A DNA stretch of 63,663 bases, filler included, from Deltaproteobacteria bacterium (lineage in GTDB: Bacteria; JAUYMQ01): the NCBI GenBank assembly GCA_030698575.1. It is 9 parts of 9 records of this genome, joined end to end, with 100 filler letters (N's around TTAATTAATTAA, not from the genome) between each part and the next. Parts side by side here need not be neighbours in the genome. Positions count along the whole stretch, not along the records: positions 57,910 to 63,663 come from JAUYMQ010000231.1; 8 more parts are not named here. One strand, 5' to 3'. A program made the position numbers and the translations under genes. The notes beneath the pieces are model-generated. The model did not search any database and had not been told where the DNA came from. It saw only the letters and a program-made list of their open reading frames with translations. This document shows positions 57,910-63,663 of the stretch, piece by piece (positions within the stretch are counted from its first letter, which is position 1; each line of letters starts with the position of its first letter).

Positions 57910-58434
57910 GGACTTGTTTTTCTTCTGGGGATGTCGCCGCAGTGCCGACGCACGGCGCCCAAGCCCACGCCGACGGAGCCGTCCGCGGAACCGGAAGACG
58001 CATTGGTTCCCCCCACGATTCGATTCAGCCACAAGCTTCACGCCGAGCAATCAACGTGCCTGGCCTGCCACCTGGACGCGGAAGAGGGGAAATCGGCGGG
58101 CCAGCCGTCTCTGGAAGATTGCACGGACTGCCACGACGGGGTGCAGTCGGAAGCGCCGGAGGATCAGATCGAGGAGGAGAAGCTGGCGTACTTCGTCGAG
58201 CGGGATATGGAGATAGAATGGCCGAGACCGGCATTGCTGCTCTCGGGGATCATATTTTCGCATCAGGTCCACGTGGTCGAAGGGGAACTCGACTGCGGGG
58301 ATTGTCACGAAGACATCGCCGAGACCTCGACGCTTCCCGATCGGACGAACTTCAAATACGATCATGGCGTCTGCGGCGATTGTCACGAGGTGGACGAGAC
58401 GGACGAAGTTTGCCTGCTGTGCCATCCGCGCTAG
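57910..58434 (+). CDS. Pentahaem cytochrome c (5'-partial), QrcA/ActA-like
   Basis: Five CxxCH motifs (CLACH, CTDCH, CGDCH, CGDCH, CLLCH) and FSH motifs. Confidence 0.88.
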   Translation, partial: GLVFLLGMSPQCRRTAPKPTPTEPSAEPEDALVPPTIRFSHKLHAEQSTCLACHLDAEEGKSAGQPSLEDCTDCHDGVQSEAPEDQIEEEKLAYFVERDMEIEWPRPALLLSGIIFSHQVHVVEGELDCGDCHEDIAETSTLPDRTNFKYDHGVCGDCHEVDETDEVCLLCHPR

Positions 58435-58447
58435 TGGGCTTTCTGCC

Positions 58448-59002
58448 ATGAGCCCGCGAAAGTTATCCTCGACTGGTGGAATTTCCCTGGGGGCCATCGC
58501 GCTCTTCGCCGTAGTAACGCTCGGCGCCCTCGTCCTATCCGCCTCTTTCCTCTCGCCGAAATCCGACTCCGTCGCGCAGCCCATGCGCTTCAGCCACAAG
58601 GCGCACTTCGAAGACGCAACCTGCGAGACCTGCCACCTGTACGTGATGGAGCTTGCGAGCGCCGGGACGCCCAGCCTGGAGGACTGTGTGGATTGTCACG
58701 ACAATACACTTTCGGAGAATGCGGAGGATCAACTGGAAGAGAAGAAGCTCGAGAAGTACGCCGAGGAGGACACGGAGATTCCGTGGATCCATCTGCCGCG
58801 TCTCACGGCGGACATCTACTTTTCGCACCGGATGCACGCGGGGCTCGGTGAGAAGCCGCTGGAATGCAAGAACTGCCACGGCGATATCGGGAAGAGCGAG
58901 ACCCTTCCCCAGGAACGCCAAATCGCCTTCACGATGAGCTTCTGCGTGGACTGCCACGAGAAGCGCCAGGCGAGCAACGATTGCTTGATGTGTCACAGGT
59001 AG
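58448..59002 (+). CDS. Membrane-anchored pentahaem cytochrome c, QrcA/ActA-like
   Basis: N-terminal TM, QPMRFSHKAH, five CxxCH motifs and M..CVDCH..SNDCLMCHR. Confidence 0.9.
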   Translation: MSPRKLSSTGGISLGAIALFAVVTLGALVLSASFLSPKSDSVAQPMRFSHKAHFEDATCETCHLYVMELASAGTPSLEDCVDCHDNTLSENAEDQLEEKKLEKYAEEDTEIPWIHLPRLTADIYFSHRMHAGLGEKPLECKNCHGDIGKSETLPQERQIAFTMSFCVDCHEKRQASNDCLMCHR

Positions 59003-59011
59003 GAGACCCCG

Positions 59012-61453
59012 ATGGAAATCACACGACGCCGGTTCCTGGGCCTGACGGGCGCGGCCGCCGGCCTCTCTCTCCTTCCGGCCGAGCTGGCCGAGCTGATCGG
59101 CCTGGCGAGCCACGAGGAGGAACGCTGGCCGGGACCCGGGGTCGAGACGTGGGTGAATACCGTGTGCCAGCTTTGCCCAGGCGGCTGCGGTCTGCGCGTG
59201 CGCCTTCTCGACGGGTGGCCGGTGCGCGTGAAGGGGAATCCCACCCACCCGATCAACCGGGGCGGGCTCTGCCTGAAGGGCGCGGCGTCGCTCCAGTCGC
59301 TCTACGACCCCGATCGCATCCGGCAGCCGCTCAAGCGCGTGGGGGAGCGGGGCGAGGGAAAATGGGAGGAGATCACCTGGGAGCAGGCGCTGGGAGAGAT
59401 AACGCCGGTGCTCAAGCGCCTGCGCGAAGCGGGCCGTCCCGAGAGCCTGGTCGTGATACGCGGGCAGTTCCGCGGGCAGATGGAAGAGATCTGGAAACGA
59501 TTCCTGGCCGCCTACGGCTCGCCCAACTACATCTCGCCCTCCGCCAGCTGCGCGACCTCCGACACGATTCTGTGGCTCACCCAGGGCATGCGGAGCCACA
59601 TCGGCTACGACCTCGAGCACACCAACTACCTGCTCGACTTCGGCGTGGGCCTGCTCGAGGCGAGCTGGTCGCCGGTCTGGCAGATGCGTGCCTTCGCCGA
59701 GCTTCGGCAGGGTCGCCCGGGTCAGCAGGTGAAGATCGTGCACGTGGATCCGAGATTCTCGATCACGGCGGCGAAGGCGGACGAATGGGTTCCCATCCGT
59801 CCCGGAACCGACGGGGCCCTGGCGCTGGGCATCGCGAACGTGCTCGTGCGCGAGGGACTCTGCGACAAGGACTTCCTCGCCGCGCGCACCTTCGGTTTCC
59901 ACGACTGGGTGGACGGGGCGGGAAGGAAGCACGAAGGCTTCAGCACGATGGTGCTACGCGACTACCCGCCTTCCCGGGCGTCGGAGATCACGGGGATCAA
60001 GGAGAAGCGGATCGTGCGGATCGCGCGCGAGTTCGCGAGCCACCGGCCCGCCATCGCGATGGGAGACCGCGGCGTCCTGCGCTACTCCAACGGCTTCTAC
60101 ACCCGCTGGGCCATCCATTGCCTGAACGCGCTGGTCGGAAGCGTGGATATCCCGGGCGGGGTTCTCGTCCCGTCCGAAATCCCGTTCACGCCGCTCCCTC
60201 CGCTTCCGGCGGACCCGGTAGCCGAGGCAGGACGCGGGCGCCAGCGGCTGGACGGCGCGGGCTCGCACGGCGCGCCCCTCGCCTCCAGCGTGATCGATCG
60301 GCTGCCCGAGGCGATCAAGACCGGCGTGCCCTATCCGATCGAGGCGCTCTTCGTCTACTACGCGAACCCCCTCTTCTCGCTGTCCGAATCGCTGGGCATG
60401 CGCGAGGCGCTGGAGCGGGTCCCCTTCATCGTCAACTTCTCGCCCTACATGGACGAGACCGCGCAGATGGCCGACCTCATCCTGCCCGACCACAACTTCC
60501 TCGAACGCTGGCAGGACGATCCGACCCCGCCGAACGTCCCGTTCCCCGTTCTGGGCATCCGGCAGCCCGTCAGGCCGCCGCTCTACGACACCCAGGCGAC
60601 TTCCGACGTGATCTTCCAGCTCGCCAAGTCGCTGGGCGATCCCGTCGCCGCGGCGTTCCCCTGGGAAAGCACGGAGGCCTTCCTGAAGGAACGGGTGCAG
60701 GGCGTGTACGAAGCCGGGCGGGGGAAGATCGGCGCCCCTCCGGAATGGCCGTGGATGCCGCCGGAGGAGGAAGAGGAGACCGTTCCCGAGTCCTACGACG
60801 AGTTCTGGGCGAAGCTGCTTGAGCAGGGGGCCTGGTACGAACCGGAATACCTCTATGGCGATTGGCAGCGTACGCTGCGGACGCTATCGGGGCGTTTCGA
60901 GTTCTACTCACAGAATCTCCGGACGTTGCTGACCACGGCGTCGAAAGAGGGGGGAGCCTCCGAACCCGCATTCGCGACACAGCAACCCCGGGGCGACGGC
61001 GCCTACCTGCCGCGTTTCGAGCCGCCGGAGCCCCTGGGCGACGCGGCGGAATACCCGCTCGTGCTGAACGTCTTCCGGCCGCTCGCGCTGATGGGAGGGC
61101 GCACCGCGAACATGCCCTACCTGCTCGAGCGCGCGGGGCACCGCATGGGGTCCAACTGGGAGACCTGGATCGAGATCCACCCGGACACGGCCCAGCGCTA
61201 CGGAATCACCGACAAGTCGATGGTGTGGGTCGAGTCACCGCTGGGCAAGGTGAAGGCGCGGGCGCGGGCGCGGCTCCAGCCGGGCGCCCTCGAGGGCGTG
61301 GTGAGCATGCCCTTCGGACTGGGGCACAAGGAGGGAGGGCGCTGGGGCAAGGGAATCGGCGCCAATCCAAACCCGATCCTGGGAGCCACCCTGATGACCG
61401 TGACCGGCGAATCGGTTTCCCGCTTGACCCGGGTCCGGATCTCCGCGGCCTGA
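59012..61453 (+). CDS. Tat-exported molybdopterin oxidoreductase-family subunit (QrcB/PsrA-like)
   Basis: TRRRFLG Tat motif, CQLCPGGC..C FS0 ligands, VDPRFS and ADLILPD. Confidence 0.9.
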   Translation: MEITRRRFLGLTGAAAGLSLLPAELAELIGLASHEEERWPGPGVETWVNTVCQLCPGGCGLRVRLLDGWPVRVKGNPTHPINRGGLCLKGAASLQSLYDPDRIRQPLKRVGERGEGKWEEITWEQALGEITPVLKRLREAGRPESLVVIRGQFRGQMEEIWKRFLAAYGSPNYISPSASCATSDTILWLTQGMRSHIGYDLEHTNYLLDFGVGLLEASWSPVWQMRAFAELRQGRPGQQVKIVHVDPRFSITAAKADEWVPIRPGTDGALALGIANVLVREGLCDKDFLAARTFGFHDWVDGAGRKHEGFSTMVLRDYPPSRASEITGIKEKRIVRIAREFASHRPAIAMGDRGVLRYSNGFYTRWAIHCLNALVGSVDIPGGVLVPSEIPFTPLPPLPADPVAEAGRGRQRLDGAGSHGAPLASSVIDRLPEAIKTGVPYPIEALFVYYANPLFSLSESLGMREALERVPFIVNFSPYMDETAQMADLILPDHNFLERWQDDPTPPNVPFPVLGIRQPVRPPLYDTQATSDVIFQLAKSLGDPVAAAFPWESTEAFLKERVQGVYEAGRGKIGAPPEWPWMPPEEEEETVPESYDEFWAKLLEQGAWYEPEYLYGDWQRTLRTLSGRFEFYSQNLRTLLTTASKEGGASEPAFATQQPRGDGAYLPRFEPPEPLGDAAEYPLVLNVFRPLALMGGRTANMPYLLERAGHRMGSNWETWIEIHPDTAQRYGITDKSMVWVESPLGKVKARARARLQPGALEGVVSMPFGLGHKEGGRWGKGIGANPNPILGATLMTVTGESVSRLTRVRISAA

Positions 61454-61463
61454 GGAGGCATGG

Positions 61464-62177
61464 ATGGCGCGATACGGCATGGTGATCGATCTGAACCGCT
61501 GCGTGGGCTGCCAGTCATGCGCGGTCGCCTGCAAGGTGGAGAACAACGTCCGGTTCTCGACACCGGAGGAGGCGAGTCATGGGCGCGAGATCCAGTGGAT
61601 GCAGGTACTACCCGTTGCGGAGGGAGAGTTTCCCAACGTCGTGGAAACGTTCATCCCGGTGCTCTGCAACCATTGTGAGAACCCGAGCTGTGTTCCCGTC
61701 TGCCCGACGGGGGCGACCTACCAGAGCGAGGCAACCGGGATCATCGGGCAGGTCTATACTCGCTGCATCGGCTGCCGGTTCTGCGCCGTGGCGTGTCCCT
61801 ACATGGCCCGATACTTCAACTGGTCCAAGCCCCACTGGCCTGAGGAGATGAAAGCCAGGCTCAACCCCGATGTCTCCACGCGCACGAAGAGCGTCATCGA
61901 GAAATGCACCTTCTGCTCCCATCGGCTGCCGAGGGCGCGTGAGCAGGCCCTCTCTGAGGGGCGCAAGCTGAGGGACGGCGACTATGTGACCGCGTGCATG
62001 GAGGCCTGCCCGACAAGGGCGATCGTTTTCGGCGACCTGGACGACTCGAACAGCCGTGTCGCAGTGCTGTCCCGGGGCCACCGAGCCAAGCGTCTCCGGG
62101 AAGAGCTGGGGAATGAGCCGAAGGTATTCTACCTGGATCAGCAGGGAGGATGGGATGTCGACAACAACGACGGCTGA
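61464..62177 (+). CDS. 4Fe-4S ferredoxin subunit (QrcC/NrfC-like)
   Basis: CVGCQSC, CNHCENPSC, CIGCRFC..CPY and EKCTFC. Confidence 0.93.
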   Translation: MARYGMVIDLNRCVGCQSCAVACKVENNVRFSTPEEASHGREIQWMQVLPVAEGEFPNVVETFIPVLCNHCENPSCVPVCPTGATYQSEATGIIGQVYTRCIGCRFCAVACPYMARYFNWSKPHWPEEMKARLNPDVSTRTKSVIEKCTFCSHRLPRAREQALSEGRKLRDGDYVTACMEACPTRAIVFGDLDDSNSRVAVLSRGHRAKRLREELGNEPKVFYLDQQGGWDVDNNDG

Positions 62178-63663
62178 GATGTCGATCACGACGACGGTCG
62201 AGAGCGAACCGCCCTTCCCGACGGAAGTAGAAGACGTTCCCCGGTTCGATCAGCGGCTGTTACTCGCCGCGATCCCGCTGACCCTGCTCGTGCTGGTCGC
62301 GGCTTACTTCTACTTCGTCCAGATCAGCCGTGGAATCGGCCTGGTCGCGGGGCTGAACCGTCCGGTGTTCTGGGGGCTCTACCTCGTCAATTGCATCTTC
62401 TTCGTCGGGGTGAGCACCGGCGGGGTCGTGATCGCCTCGCTCGTGCACGCCTTCGGGCGCATGGAGTTCAAGCCGATCGCGCGCATCGCCGAGCTTATGG
62501 CGATCAGCGCCACCGTGATGGCCACCGCGTCGCTCTTCGTCAACCTCTGCTGGCCGACGCGCATGTTCTACATCCTGCGCTACCCCCACCCGACCTCGCC
62601 GATCTTCTGGGACATGGTGAACATCACCCTGTACATGTTCATTAGCCTCACTTATGCCTATCTGGGGACGCGCGCGGACCTCGCCCGCGTCATGCACGCG
62701 AAGCCCCAGCACGCGTGGCTGTATCGCCTGCTCACGCTGGGGTACACCGATCTGTCCGTGGAAGCGCGGCGGCGCGATCAGCGGCTTCTGCGCATGCTGG
62801 CCGTGGCGGTTCTTTTCACCGAGGTGGCGGTGCAAACGGTCAGCGCCTGGCTCTTCGGACTCCAGAAGGCGCAGCCCGGCTGGTTCGGGGGGATGATGGC
62901 GCCGCTCTTCATCGTGTTCGCCGTCGTCTCAGGGCTGGCGGTTCTGACGGTTTCCCTGGTCGCGACGAAAAGGATCGTCGGGATAGCCATCGAGCACGAA
63001 CTCGTCCGCAAGCTCGGGAAGATCGTGCTCTTCCTGCTCCCCGTGCTGGGCTACTTCCTTTTCGTGGAGATGGTCACGGTTCTGTACAGTGCGGAGCCCG
63101 CCCGGCTGGATGTCTATCGTGCCATGATGTTCGGCCTCTATGCTCCGGTGTTCTGGGGTCACCTGGTCCTCGGCTTGATCTTCCCGATTCTCCTTCTGAC
63201 GGTGATTCTGTACGGCGTCTCGCAGCGCACGATCTGGCTCACGGGAATTATCTTGCTCCACGTGTTGGTCGGCCTCGCGACGTGGCTCGACTTCCCGATA
63301 CCCTACAAGCCGCTCTGGCCGGGCCTCCAGGTCTGGGCGGTATACACCATCATGGGGCTTACGGGGCTCGGACTTCTTTCATTCTGCGCCCGAGCCAGCG
63401 TCGGTGAAGACGTGCGAATTGGCATTGCAGCGCTTCTCGTGGCCGCGGGGATCCTGGCCGGGCGGTGGAACATCGTCGTGCCCTCTCTCATGGATCACTC
63501 TTACCTTCCCTACCCGCTTACGCAATACATACCCACGCTCAAGGAGTTCGCCGTCTTTCTGGGCATATACGCGCTGGGAGCGCTTATCTACATCGCCTGC
63601 ATCGTCATCTTGCCTCTCCTGGATCGCGAGGAGGCCGAGATAGAAATCGTGAATGAGGAGCGC
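62155..63663 (+). CDS. NrfD/PsrC family membrane subunit (3'-partial; absent from the ORF track)
   Basis: Open frame of 503 codons running to the window end, with VFWGLYLVN..FFVG, ARIAE, SPIFWD, PGWFG and RWNIVVP. Confidence 0.88.
   Translation, partial: MSTTTTAEMSITTTVESEPPFPTEVEDVPRFDQRLLLAAIPLTLLVLVAAYFYFVQISRGIGLVAGLNRPVFWGLYLVNCIFFVGVSTGGVVIASLVHAFGRMEFKPIARIAELMAISATVMATASLFVNLCWPTRMFYILRYPHPTSPIFWDMVNITLYMFISLTYAYLGTRADLARVMHAKPQHAWLYRLLTLGYTDLSVEARRRDQRLLRMLAVAVLFTEVAVQTVSAWLFGLQKAQPGWFGGMMAPLFIVFAVVSGLAVLTVSLVATKRIVGIAIEHELVRKLGKIVLFLLPVLGYFLFVEMVTVLYSAEPARLDVYRAMMFGLYAPVFWGHLVLGLIFPILLLTVILYGVSQRTIWLTGIILLHVLVGLATWLDFPIPYKPLWPGLQVWAVYTIMGLTGLGLLSFCARASVGEDVRIGIAALLVAAGILAGRWNIVVPSLMDHSYLPYPLTQYIPTLKEFAVFLGIYALGALIYIACIVILPLLDREEAEIEIVNEER

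Overview
The window is not one locus. It is nine contig fragments joined by eight artificial 100-nt spacers (N-runs containing TTAATTAATTAA), which looks like a metagenome bin. Eight fragments look like a high-GC Myxococcota/deltaproteobacterial-type chromosome. They carry: queG, a crtI-like/crtB-like pair, fabL, a badI-like hydrolase and aspA; an mglC-aroQ-sgmX-like polarity locus; ilvE, an acyl-CoA dehydrogenase and a cinA-like gene; alkA, a S1/P1-type nuclease, a catalytically degenerate PD-(D/E)XK protein and a phytochelatin synthase; a tandem SpvB/RHS-toxin N-terminal pair (one copy frameshifted) behind a sigma54 promoter; an ethylbenzene/steroid-C25-dehydrogenase-like molybdoenzyme operon with an inserted cytochrome b; the rpmF-fab-glyA-nrdR-rib-nusB cluster followed by a chemosensory operon; and a Qrc/ACIII-like complex with two pentahaem cytochromes. 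Fragment 33030-39769 is an alphaproteobacterial-type phage (GcrA, PBSX-type TerL, P22-like portal). The strongest candidate for an undescribed element is a ~400-nt, multi-junction structured non-coding region (35304-35700) directly after a lone replication-initiator C-terminal-domain gene in that phage. All family assignments come from motif recognition and recall; no database search was run.
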